Positions 8,799 through 16,793 of a DNA stretch of 64,000 bases are shown piece by piece. The stretch is from Methanobacteriota archaeon. Its GTDB lineage: Archaea; Thermoplasmatota; Thermoplasmata; RBG-16-68-12; JAJISG01. The stretch covers positions 629-64,628 of the forward strand of contig JAUVFR010000006.1 of assembly GCA_030594205.1 (NCBI GenBank), read 5' to 3'. How positions within the stretch are numbered: the first letter of the stretch is position 1; the number at the start of each line of letters is the position of its first letter. The notes under the pieces were generated by a model. It searched no databases. It was not told the DNA's origin and saw only the letters and a list, made by a program, of their open reading frames with translations. The position numbers were made by a program, and so were the translations under genes.

Positions 8799-9803
8799 CT
8801 AGTCCGCCTCCTTTCCCTTCTTGGCCGCAACCGTCTTCTTCTTGCTTGCGGAGGCCTTCTTCTTCGGGGCCTCCCCCCCGGCGGGTTTCTTCTCGGAGGC
8901 CTTCTTGGCGGCGACCTTCTTAGGGGCAGCCTTGGCCTGCTTCGTCTCAGGCGACGGCTTGGTGGGCATCTCCCCCGGTTCCGCCTTCGAGGGCGCCTCG
9001 GGACCGTCCTCCGAGGCCACCTCGGTGGAGTCCAACGCGGGCTCGGGGACCGCCGGTCCCTCGGGCGTGACGGCGGGCTCTCCTTCGACGGTCGGATCCG
9101 CGGCCTTTGGTTCCGCCTCGGGCCCCTCGGGCGTGGCCTCTGTGGGCTCCGCCGGGGCCTCTTCCGTCGGGGGCGCCTCCTCAGGACCCGAAGGCTCGGC
9201 AGGCACCTCAACCGCCACGACCCCGATCTCGTCGGGAAACTTGGCGTTGGGGTCCGTAATCCATACGGTGACCCCGATGGTCCCTCGCTTCAATTTGGCC
9301 GTGGAGAAGCCCTGGTCGACCCAGAGGTTCTTGGGCTCTCCGTTGTACTTGATATGGCCCGCGTTGAATTTCTGTGTGCGGTGCCGCTGGCTCGTGAGCT
9401 TGCCCGAGAGGCGAATAAGGGCTCCTCTGGCTCCGGACCCCATGATTCGGCGAAGGGTGGAGTGGCCCGCCCGGCGGAAGTGCCATCCTCGCTCGAGAGC
9501 GCTGGCGAGCTTCTCGGCCATGATCTGCGCGTTGATGGCGGGATTGGCTACCTCTTCGACCTCGATCTGGGGGTTGTCCAGGTCGAAGCCCCGATCCACG
9601 TTGTACGTCAGCGCTTTGATGCTCGCGCCCCGACGCCCGATGACGATTCCGGGCCTCTCGGCGAAGAGGGTGATTCGGGTTCCCATTGGCGTCCGCTGGA
9701 TGTCCAGCCCGCCGAAGCCGGCTCGTGCCGTCTCCTGCATGACGTACTCCTTCAGGAGTACTCGCTTGAGGTTATCCGCCACAATCTTTCGCTCCGATGC
9801 CAC
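8799..9803 (-). CDS. rps3: 30S ribosomal protein uS3 with long acidic then Lys/Ala-rich C-terminal tail
   Basis: GTG at 9803 overlaps the uL22 stop; RPGIVIGRRG (KH), LERGWHFRRA, SGKL. Confidence 0.95.
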   Translation of the reverse strand: MASERKIVADNLKRVLLKEYVMQETARAGFGGLDIQRTPMGTRITLFAERPGIVIGRRGASIKALTYNVDRGFDLDNPQIEVEEVANPAINAQIMAEKLASALERGWHFRRAGHSTLRRIMGSGARGALIRLSGKLTSQRHRTQKFNAGHIKYNGEPKNLWVDQGFSTAKLKRGTIGVTVWITDPNAKFPDEIGVVAVEVPAEPSGPEEAPPTEEAPAEPTEATPEGPEAEPKAADPTVEGEPAVTPEGPAVPEPALDSTEVASEDGPEAPSKAEPGEMPTKPSPETKQAKAAPKKVAAKKASEKKPAGGEAPKKKASASKKKTVAAKKGKEAD

Positions 9804-10246
9804 TACTCCACCTCCCTCAGGATGACCTCGACATTCGTCATCTCCTTCATCCACGGGCTGCTCCGCCCGAACGCCCGGGCCCGGTAGGACTTCACGGGGC
9901 GACCGCTATAGGCAGAGATGTGTTGGATGACCATGTTCTCCGTGTCCAGCCCCTTGTACTCGGCGTTCTCCTCCGCGCTCTCGAGGAGGCGGAGGATGTG
10001 CTGGGCCACCTTCACGGGATAGCCGCCGGGACCTACGCCTACCTGATGGGCGACCTCCTTGTTGTGGCGGCCATAGGGAATGGCGCGGCGCTTCGCCATC
10101 ACCTCTTCGAGAAGTCCCTTCGCCACATCCAGGGGTTGTCTGCGCAGGGCGCGACAGACCTCTCGCGCCTTCTTGGGCGAGATGGGCAGTTCCCGGCCGT
10201 AGGCCTTCGCCGTCGTATCCTCGTCTACGTCCTGGGAATAACCCAT
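9803..10246 (-). CDS. rpl22: 50S ribosomal protein uL22
   Basis: ISPKKA.E, G.YPVK, NAEYKGLD, RAFGR. Confidence 0.96.
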   Translation of the reverse strand: MGYSQDVDEDTTAKAYGRELPISPKKAREVCRALRRQPLDVAKGLLEEVMAKRRAIPYGRHNKEVAHQVGVGPGGYPVKVAQHILRLLESAEENAEYKGLDTENMVIQHISAYSGRPVKSYRARAFGRSSPWMKEMTNVEVILREVE

Positions 10247-10255
10247 CGCTCACCC

Positions 10256-10717
10256 CTATTTCAGCGGGAGGAACTTGGAGGAACGCGTCGCGCCGACGCC
10301 GGGGCCCGAGTGCTTCACCGGCTTCCGCGTCATCGCGAACTCTCCGAGGTAGTGTCCAATCATCTGGGCCCGAATTTCGAAGGAAACGAACTCCTTCCCG
10401 TTGTGAACTGCGACTTTGCGTCCAACGAAGGCGGGGAGAATGGGAATGTCCCGGCGGTGCGTGCGGACCAGCTCGCCGTCCCCGTCCTGCAGCTTTCGCA
10501 CGACGACCTGATGCTCCGCGGACAGCTCCCGGCCGTAGGTCCGGCGGACCCGGGCCGGGAGAAGGGGAAGCAACTCCCTCAGGCTCATGGCCTGCAGCTC
10601 CTCTAGGCTGTGCCCACGGTACGTGAACTCCCGCTTCCGTCGCGCGTCGGCCGCTCCCGCGCGCTTGCGCGCCCTCCGTCTAGCCGCCTTGGCGGATCCG
10701 CTTCCACGCTTCGGCAT
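10256..10717 (-). CDS. rps19: 30S ribosomal protein uS19
   Basis: FTYRG, RTHRRD, MIGHYLGEF, GATRSSKF. Confidence 0.96.
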   Translation of the reverse strand: MPKRGSGSAKAARRRARKRAGAADARRKREFTYRGHSLEELQAMSLRELLPLLPARVRRTYGRELSAEHQVVVRKLQDGDGELVRTHRRDIPILPAFVGRKVAVHNGKEFVSFEIRAQMIGHYLGEFAMTRKPVKHSGPGVGATRSSKFLPLK

Positions 10718-10719
10718 GG

Positions 10720-11433
10720 CTATACCCTCCTTCCTCTCGCCTTCTTCTTCCGCTTCTGCGGAGAGAGGCGACCGACCTTCCGCCCGGGGGGCGCGTTCCG
10801 CGAGACCGTGCTCGGCCTCCCCACGTGCTGATGGCTCCCGCCACCATGGGGGTGCGCGACGGCATTCATGGCCACGCCTCGGACCTTGAAGGCCGCTTTG
10901 GCCGTGCTCCGGAACGCATTCACCTTCTTCCCCGCCTTCGCGAAGGGCTTCTCTCGCTGGCCGGACCCGGCTACCACGCCGACCTGGGCTCGGCATGCGG
11001 GGTCGAGATCCTTGAACTCCCCCGAAGGAAGCTGAATCACGGTCTGGGTGCCGCGAGAGACGACGGCGGCTGCGGTACCCGCGGCGCGACAGAGTTTCCC
11101 GCCATCTCCGGGCTTGAGCTCGATGTTGCAGACGAGGGTGCCCTCAGGGAGGCCGCCAATCTCCACGATATGCCCCCGCTCGATCTCGCCCGCACCCACG
11201 AGTACTTCCTGACCCTCGGCGAGCCCTTCGGGCGCGAGAAGAAGAAACTCGCCCTCCTTGAATCGAACACGGGCCAAGGGAGCGCTTCGCCCGGGGGCGT
11301 GGAGGATCTTGGTCACGAGGCCCGAGCCTTCTCGCAGTGAGGGCAACGAAACGGCACCGGCATGCCGATGGCTGGGGGATCGGAACGTAGGCGATCCGCG
11401 CCCTCTGCGCTGAGCGATGATCTTCTTTCCCAT
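10720..11433 (-). CDS. rpl2: 50S ribosomal protein uL2
   Basis: MGKKIIAQRRGRG, VRGVAMN..HPHGGG, APPGRKVG. Confidence 0.97.
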   Translation of the reverse strand: MGKKIIAQRRGRGSPTFRSPSHRHAGAVSLPSLREGSGLVTKILHAPGRSAPLARVRFKEGEFLLLAPEGLAEGQEVLVGAGEIERGHIVEIGGLPEGTLVCNIELKPGDGGKLCRAAGTAAAVVSRGTQTVIQLPSGEFKDLDPACRAQVGVVAGSGQREKPFAKAGKKVNAFRSTAKAAFKVRGVAMNAVAHPHGGGSHQHVGRPSTVSRNAPPGRKVGRLSPQKRKKKARGRRV

Positions 11434-11442
11434 GAAACACCT

Positions 11443-11730
11443 TCAAAACACGCCTATCCGCATGCCGATCTCCTCTGCCGAGGAGGCGGCTTGCAGCTTG
11501 ATAATGGCATGTTTTCCGTCTTTCTTCGTATGGGTATTCACCTTTTCTACTTTGGCCTCAAAGAGGGACTCAAAGGCCTGCCGAATCTCCGTCTTCGTGG
11601 CGTCTCGCCGTACCACGAATTCCAGCCGGTTGCCATCCTTGAAGTCCTGGGACGCCGTGCCGGAGAGGTAGTTGAGGGACTTCTCCGTCACGATGGGATA
11701 GAGCAACACGCCGTGGGGGTCTTCGATCAT
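11443..11730 (-). CDS. rpl23: 50S ribosomal protein uL23
   Basis: P.VTEK, N.LEF.V...ATK.EI, KVNT. Confidence 0.94.
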   Translation of the reverse strand: MIEDPHGVLLYPIVTEKSLNYLSGTASQDFKDGNRLEFVVRRDATKTEIRQAFESLFEAKVEKVNTHTKKDGKHAIIKLQAASSAEEIGMRIGVF

Positions 11731-12740
11731 GGCCAGTCTCCGAGTTCATCAAGGGCATTCTTGCTGAAGAGGGTGAGCCTCCCCGGCATGCCGCCGGGGG
11801 CGAGGACTTCCGCGTTGATCCCCTGCGGTTCCTGGATTTCCACGCCCGGGAGGTTGGCGAAGGCGCGGCGGCCCACGGCCTCTCGCGTAAGCACGACCAA
11901 CGGCCCCTTCGGCCTGCGATAACGCCGCCCCCGCATGGTCCCCCGCCCCGCCCGGACCTTGCGTCCGGACGCCCGGGCCAGGTCCTCGTCGACCCCGAGC
12001 CGTTGGAATAGCTCCAGGGCCTGCGCGGTGTCGGTGAGCTCTTCCACCTTCTCCTCAAGGATGATGGGGAGCGAGAGATCCTCCGGGAAGAGGTGCCCCC
12101 TCCGCCGTACCCAGGCGGGATCTGCCGTGGCGGCGAGAGCGGATGCTCGGGCAAGGCGTCGCTCCTTCTTGTTCAGTTTCTTCTTCCAGTCTCGATCCGG
12201 ACGGGGGGGGTGGGCGCGCCGTCCGCCGACGGTGCCCGGGGACTGCGCTCCTCGACCGCCGCGTCCCTTCAAGCGGGGAACGCGCGACACGCCCCGCCCC
12301 TTGCCCCACCCCTCCACGGCGTGGCGGAGGCCAGCCCTAGGCGCCGGTCCGTAAGGCTGCCGACGGTTGGCCTGGAACGCGCTCACCGCACGCCGAATCG
12401 CGTCCGGTCGCACCTCGTGCCCAAAGACGGGTGGCAAGTCGATCGCTTTCACCGGCTTGCCCTTCACGGAGTAGAGGTATACCTGTCCCCTCCCTCGCTT
12501 CGGGCGTCGGGTGGGCTTCTCCTCTCCCTCCTCTCCCTCCTCTCCCTCCTCTTCGAGGACAAGGTACTCCTCCCCCTTCAACGCCTCGAGGATACGCTTT
12601 CGCAGCTCGGGAACCGTGCCGGAGGCGTCCAGATTCAAGGCCTCTGCCCACTCCTGGAGCCGGGCCTTGCGGGCACGTCGCACATCCTTCGGCTCGATGT
12701 CGGGGCGGGCGCGCTCCTCGTCGCTGGCCTTCTTCGCCAC
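11727..12740 (-). CDS. rpl4: 50S ribosomal protein uL4 with N-terminal SAP-like extension
   Basis: GTG 1 nt after the uL3 stop; WGKGRGVSRVPR, GGRRAHPP, RAGRGTMRGRRY, LAPGG.PGRLT. Confidence 0.95.
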   Translation of the reverse strand: MAKKASDEERARPDIEPKDVRRARKARLQEWAEALNLDASGTVPELRKRILEALKGEEYLVLEEEGEEGEEGEEKPTRRPKRGRGQVYLYSVKGKPVKAIDLPPVFGHEVRPDAIRRAVSAFQANRRQPYGPAPRAGLRHAVEGWGKGRGVSRVPRLKGRGGRGAQSPGTVGGRRAHPPRPDRDWKKKLNKKERRLARASALAATADPAWVRRRGHLFPEDLSLPIILEEKVEELTDTAQALELFQRLGVDEDLARASGRKVRAGRGTMRGRRYRRPKGPLVVLTREAVGRRAFANLPGVEIQEPQGINAEVLAPGGMPGRLTLFSKNALDELGDWP

Positions 12741-12741
12741 G

Positions 12742-13740
12742 CTAAGCCCCCTGTTTCGACGTGAGGGAGACGTACGCAAACTCGGGCTCTTCGACGACCT
12801 TCGGCTTGCGGGCCCGCATGGGGTCCCGCAGGCGCACGAGACGCTTGGTCGGTCCGGGAACGGAGCCCTTCACGATAAGGAAGGCGTTCCGGAGCTCCCC
12901 ATACCGGAGGAAACCCCCAGCGGGATTGATCTCCGTGGGGTCGTCTCCGATCTTCAGAACGAGCTTGTTGTACTCCGTTCGCTGGTGGTACCCCATCTGT
13001 CCTGCCTGGGGGACGGTGGGACGGGTGTAGCCCGGTTTGAAGGTTCCCAGGGTCCCGACCCGACGCCGAATCTTGCTGTCCTTGTGACTTAGGATCTTGA
13101 TGCCCCAGCGCTGCACGGCCCCCTGGAACCCCTTCGCCTTGGTAACCGCCGCCACGTCCACGAGCCGTCCGTCCTCGGCGAAGTCGTGGACGGTCACCTC
13201 CTTTCCCAATTGCTCCCGAGCGTATGCGAGGCGCTCGGCCACCGTCCCCCCTCCGACCCGGGTCTCCATGATGTCGGGAGCCTTCTTCGGAACGCCCGAC
13301 ACCAGGCGCGGTTGGGTGTACGTGAGAACCCGGATCTCGTCGAGGGACTCGGGGTCGAAGCGATCCCAGTCGGCGGTCGCCTTCCTCTTCGCCACCGGGC
13401 GGCGGCGGCCGAGTTCGCGATCGAGGTCGGAGCTCCACACCTCGCCGCGAGCCTGCAACCCCGAGGGACCGTCCTCGTAGAGGCGGACCGCCCCGACCTT
13501 CATCGGCGGCGTCTCCACGACGGTGACGGGGACCTGAATCTCCTGGCCGCTACTGGGGCTGTTGGGATTGAAGTCGACGAGGAGGACATGGGTCATGCCG
13601 GCCTTGTAGCCGGCGAAGGATTGGATGCGAGGGCTTCCGCTGACTTCGGGCCATGAGGCGAAATGGGGGACCTCCTTGCGGGCCCGTTTCCGCGGCGAAT
13701 AGGCCATGGACCCGCGGCGGGGCCGGTGGACTTTCGGCAT
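12742..13740 (-). CDS. rpl3: 50S ribosomal protein uL3
   Basis: PRRGS...PRKRA, GYKAGMTH, GQMGYHQRTEYNK, GSVPGP.KR. Confidence 0.97.
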   Translation of the reverse strand: MPKVHRPRRGSMAYSPRKRARKEVPHFASWPEVSGSPRIQSFAGYKAGMTHVLLVDFNPNSPSSGQEIQVPVTVVETPPMKVGAVRLYEDGPSGLQARGEVWSSDLDRELGRRRPVAKRKATADWDRFDPESLDEIRVLTYTQPRLVSGVPKKAPDIMETRVGGGTVAERLAYAREQLGKEVTVHDFAEDGRLVDVAAVTKAKGFQGAVQRWGIKILSHKDSKIRRRVGTLGTFKPGYTRPTVPQAGQMGYHQRTEYNKLVLKIGDDPTEINPAGGFLRYGELRNAFLIVKGSVPGPTKRLVRLRDPMRARKPKVVEEPEFAYVSLTSKQGA

Positions 13741-13752
13741 GCTTCCTCTGCG

Positions 13753-13860
13753 CGGGGAGCAGGGCTCCCCGGCCGGGTCGTGACGCTTCTCGCGGTCCAG
13801 AACCCTCGGGCCGCGGTGTTGGGGCGTTCCCTTTCCCAGGGCGTCTGACCCGGCTCGCCC
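13753..13860 (-). promoter_or_regulatory. Structured 5' leader of the rpl3 operon (candidate ribosomal-protein autoregulatory leader)
   Basis: Nested stems 13847-13854/13772-13779, 13841-13845/13782-13786, 13808-13815/13791-13798, and hairpin 13753-13771; TATA-like TTAAATA on minus at about 13880-13886. Confidence 0.5.
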
Positions 13861-13932
13861 CCGTTTCATGAGTGGGGTCTATTTAATCGTTGGCGTGTGG
13901 GGAGAAGGAGCCCCCGAACCCGGGCGCCAGCG

Positions 13933-13970
13933 GTTTTCGGCCCTGATAACACTAGCCGAACGTTTATATG
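13933..13970 (+). promoter_or_regulatory. Promoter with GTTTTC-N6-GATAAC element and TATA box TTTATATG
   Basis: Element 13933-13950, TATA 13963-13970; same geometry recurs at other GTPase-cluster promoters. Confidence 0.6.
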
Positions 13971-13999
13971 TGCACCCCTTGGAGGGGGGAACGAGGGTC

Positions 14000-14563
14000 A
14001 TGCCGGGCAAGAGGATGAAGATGAAGGTGTGCCTCGTAGGGGAGGCCGCCGTGGGGAAGACCAGCCTCATCCGCCGGTTCGTTCACGACGACTTCGACGA
14101 CAAGTACATTCAAACCTTGGGGACCAAGGTCTCCAAGAAAGAGATCGCCCTCGACGTCCCGAAGCACGGGGAGTTCACCGTGGACATGACCGTCTGGGAC
14201 ATCATGGGACAGAAGGGCTTCCGCGAGCTCCTCAAAGATGCCTACTTTTACGGGGCCAAGGGCATCATCGCAGGGTGTGACCTCACCCGGAAGGCCACCC
14301 TCGACGACCTCGACGACTGGATCGAGGGGGTCTACAGCGTCACCGGTCGGGTGCCCATCGAAATCTTCGCCAACAAGGCGGACCTCAAGGAGAAGTGGGA
14401 GCTCACCGAGAAGGAGGTGGAGCAGTTCTCCAAGGCCTACGACTCCCCCTACCACTTCACCAGCGCGAAGACGGGGGACAGCGTGGAGGAGGCCTTCCGC
14501 AACCTTGCCGCGCGGATCGCCTCGGAGCGCCTCGCCGATCGCCCGGCCACGGTCAAGGCCTGA
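14000..14563 (+). CDS. Rab-like small GTPase (Ras superfamily) 1
   Basis: GEAAVGKTS, YIQTLG, WDIMGQ, NKAD, SAK. Confidence 0.93.
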   Translation: MPGKRMKMKVCLVGEAAVGKTSLIRRFVHDDFDDKYIQTLGTKVSKKEIALDVPKHGEFTVDMTVWDIMGQKGFRELLKDAYFYGAKGIIAGCDLTRKATLDDLDDWIEGVYSVTGRVPIEIFANKADLKEKWELTEKEVEQFSKAYDSPYHFTSAKTGDSVEEAFRNLAARIASERLADRPATVKA

Positions 14564-14580
14564 CGGACCCCCAGAATCTA

Positions 14581-14617
14581 AAATCACGGGTGATAGGCTC
14601 GTGGTGGCTTTTATCTG
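14581..14617 (+). promoter_or_regulatory. Promoter with AAATC-N6-GATAG element and TATA-like TTTATCTG
   Basis: GATAG at 14592, TATA at 14610 (18 nt offset). Confidence 0.5.
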
Positions 14618-14641
14618 CTAAGGGACCCAAGCGCAACTGGG

Positions 14642-15178
14642 ATGCCGGTCCTCCTCCCTCCCAAGGAACAGGTCCTGAAGCTGAAGGTCTGCTTCGTCGG
14701 GGAGTTCGCCGTGGGGAAGACCAGCTTGGTCAACCGGTTCGCTCACGACACCTTTCAGGGCCGCTACATGGCCACCATCGGGGCCAAGATACAGAAGGTG
14801 GACCTGAAGGTCGACCAATCCAGGGTCATCATGACGCTCTGGGACATCATGGGAGAAAAGGGCTTCCGCGAGCTGCTGCGGGAGGCCTATTTCGAGGGGG
14901 CGAACGGCCTCGTTGCGGTCTGCGACCTGACGCGTCCGGCCAGCTTGTTGGACTTGGAGGAATGGATCGCCGCGGTCTATCGCATCGCGGGACGAATCCC
15001 CCTCGTCATTGTGGCCAACAAGGCCGACCTAACCGAGCATGCCGTCGTCACAGAGGAGGAGGTCCAGGCGTTTGCTCGGCGACACGACTGCGAGTCTTAC
15101 ATCACCAGCGCGAAGACCGGAGAGGGCGTCGGTGAGACCTTCCTGGCCATCGGGCGTGGAATGGCCCGACTGGCGTGA
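14642..15178 (+). CDS. Rab-like small GTPase 2
   Basis: GEFAVGKTS, YMATIG, WDIMGE, NKAD, SAK. Confidence 0.92.
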   Translation: MPVLLPPKEQVLKLKVCFVGEFAVGKTSLVNRFAHDTFQGRYMATIGAKIQKVDLKVDQSRVIMTLWDIMGEKGFRELLREAYFEGANGLVAVCDLTRPASLLDLEEWIAAVYRIAGRIPLVIVANKADLTEHAVVTEEEVQAFARRHDCESYITSAKTGEGVGETFLAIGRGMARLA

Positions 15179-15202
15179 CCCGCGGGGCAACTTGGGGCCC
15201 CA

Positions 15203-15241
15203 GATATCGGGCATGATAACGGAGTCTATAGGGTTTTATAA
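15203..15241 (+). promoter_or_regulatory. Promoter with GATATC-N6-GATAAC element and TATA TTTTATAA
   Basis: GATAAC at 15215, TATA at 15234 (19 nt offset). Confidence 0.6.
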
Positions 15242-15282
15242 CTCGACCCAAAGTAGCTCAGACTGCGCGTGGGGCGTGTTCG

Positions 15283-15828
15283 ATGGTCGAGCAAGAGAAG
15301 ATGAAGGTCAAGATCTGCCTCGTCGGCGAAGGAGCCGTGGGGAAGACCTGTCTCATCCGGCGTTTCGTCCATGACGAGTTCGAAGACCGGTACATTTCCA
15401 CCTTGGGGGCCAAGGTCTCCAAGAGGGAGATTATCGTCGACGGCGCGAACGGCGGTGAGGTGGCCGTGGACATGACGATCTGGGACATCATGGGCGAGAA
15501 GGGGTTCCGGGAACTGCTCAAGGAAGCCTACTTCCACGGGGCACAAGGCGTCCTGGCCGTCTGCGACCTGACACGCCGGGACACCCTCTATGACCTGCAC
15601 GATTGGGTCAAGGCGGTCAACAAGGTGACCGGTGACATCCCGGTCCAGTTCCTCGCGAACAAGAAGGACCTCGCAGACCAGAGAAGCTTCGAGGACAAGG
15701 AGATGGAGAGCGTGGCCGCGAAATACAACTCCGCGTTCCTCTCCACCAGCGCCAAGACCGGGGACAATGTGAGTGAAGCCTTTGAGAAGCTGGCCCGGAT
15801 GATCGCGAAGCGGCTCGTGCCGCAGTAG
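15283..15828 (+). CDS. Rab-like small GTPase 3
   Basis: GEGAVGKTC, YISTLG, WDIMGE, NKKD, SAK. Confidence 0.93.
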   Translation: MVEQEKMKVKICLVGEGAVGKTCLIRRFVHDEFEDRYISTLGAKVSKREIIVDGANGGEVAVDMTIWDIMGEKGFRELLKEAYFHGAQGVLAVCDLTRRDTLYDLHDWVKAVNKVTGDIPVQFLANKKDLADQRSFEDKEMESVAAKYNSAFLSTSAKTGDNVSEAFEKLARMIAKRLVPQ

Positions 15829-15903
15829 CCGCTGGCTGTGATTCCTCCCCCGGCCGAGCCCTCGGCGCTCGCCTTCAAGTAGCATCTTCCTGATTGAGCG
15901 CCC

Positions 15904-16155
15904 GTGCCGACAGGAACGGACAAGGGCCGTCCTACTCTGTCTTCCTCGTTCGGCTTGCTCTCAATCGCCCTCATAACATACGGCGCCTCAGCCTTCGTCC
16001 TGGCTGCCTCGGCGGGCTCGTTCGCGGCAGTAATCGCGATTGGCGGGGGACCGACCGGAGTCGTCCTTGACCGACTGGCAAATTCTCTAGGCATTGTTGG
16101 CATCGGTCCTCTCGGTGGGGCAGTGGTCCTTCTTGTCCTCTCCTTTCGCGCATGA
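15904..16155 (+). CDS. Hypothetical membrane protein (possibly the 5' half of a frameshifted gene)
   Basis: Two hydrophobic segments; ATGA overlap with the next ORF. Confidence 0.5.
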   Translation: MPTGTDKGRPTLSSSFGLLSIALITYGASAFVLAASAGSFAAVIAIGGGPTGVVLDRLANSLGIVGIGPLGGAVVLLVLSFRA

Positions 16156-16673
16156 AGGTGGTCGCGGAGGATGCCCCCGGGCACTTTGGGCAAGCCTGGC
16201 CCCTCATCCAAGGGGGCTGGATCCTGTCTTGGGTACTAGTCGGAATCGCTTTGGTTCTCGGTGTTCTCCTTATCTTCGCAAGAGGTACTCGCTTCGAAGG
16301 GGCCCGCGCATCGTTCGGGCTTGCCAGCGGCTTCGCAGCCCTGTCCTTCCTCGCGGCCATCTCAATCCCTGCTCTCATCAGGACCAAGGCCCGGCAGGAC
16401 ACGGTCTTCTGGGTCCTGATGGTGGCAGTTGCTCTCGGGGCCGTGGGGGTGAGCGGCGAAATGGCCCTCATGCTCCCACCATTGATCCGGATTCCTTCGT
16501 GGATCACCCTAGGAGGTTTCCCGTTGCTGAATTGGAACCTCCCCTTCGGGGCACTCGTTGGGACGAGTGCCCTTCTCATCAGCCTTTCTTATCGGGTGTT
16601 GGCCAGGAAGCAAGAAACCGTTGAACGACGCGGACCGAACGCGACCCACCTATCGGCACCACGACGACCCTAG
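16152..16673 (+). CDS. Hypothetical multi-pass membrane protein
   Basis: About four hydrophobic segments. Confidence 0.6.
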   Translation: MKVVAEDAPGHFGQAWPLIQGGWILSWVLVGIALVLGVLLIFARGTRFEGARASFGLASGFAALSFLAAISIPALIRTKARQDTVFWVLMVAVALGAVGVSGEMALMLPPLIRIPSWITLGGFPLLNWNLPFGALVGTSALLISLSYRVLARKQETVERRGPNATHLSAPRRP

Positions 16674-16793
16674 AGGCGTGGTGCGCTGAATCTCGTCCCC
16701 CGTGGACGAACCCAGCGGCCCTCCCGATTCTCTGGGAGAAGGTTTAATATGAAAGCGGAAGTATTTTCCACTGTTCAGACGGGATGACGCTCG

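Noticed and set aside
8037-9887. Long opposite-strand ORFs (e.g. 8037-9887, 16650-18854, 20325-22403, 28521-30245, 33763-35853)
   Set aside because: Antisense shadows of well-identified genes, expected in high-GC DNA; no recognisable motifs
13933-15220. Identifying the GTPase promoter element as the Thermococcales TGM (TATCAC-N5-GTGATA)
   Set aside because: Half-site spacing differs (TATC-N6-GATA here versus TATC-N9-GATA)
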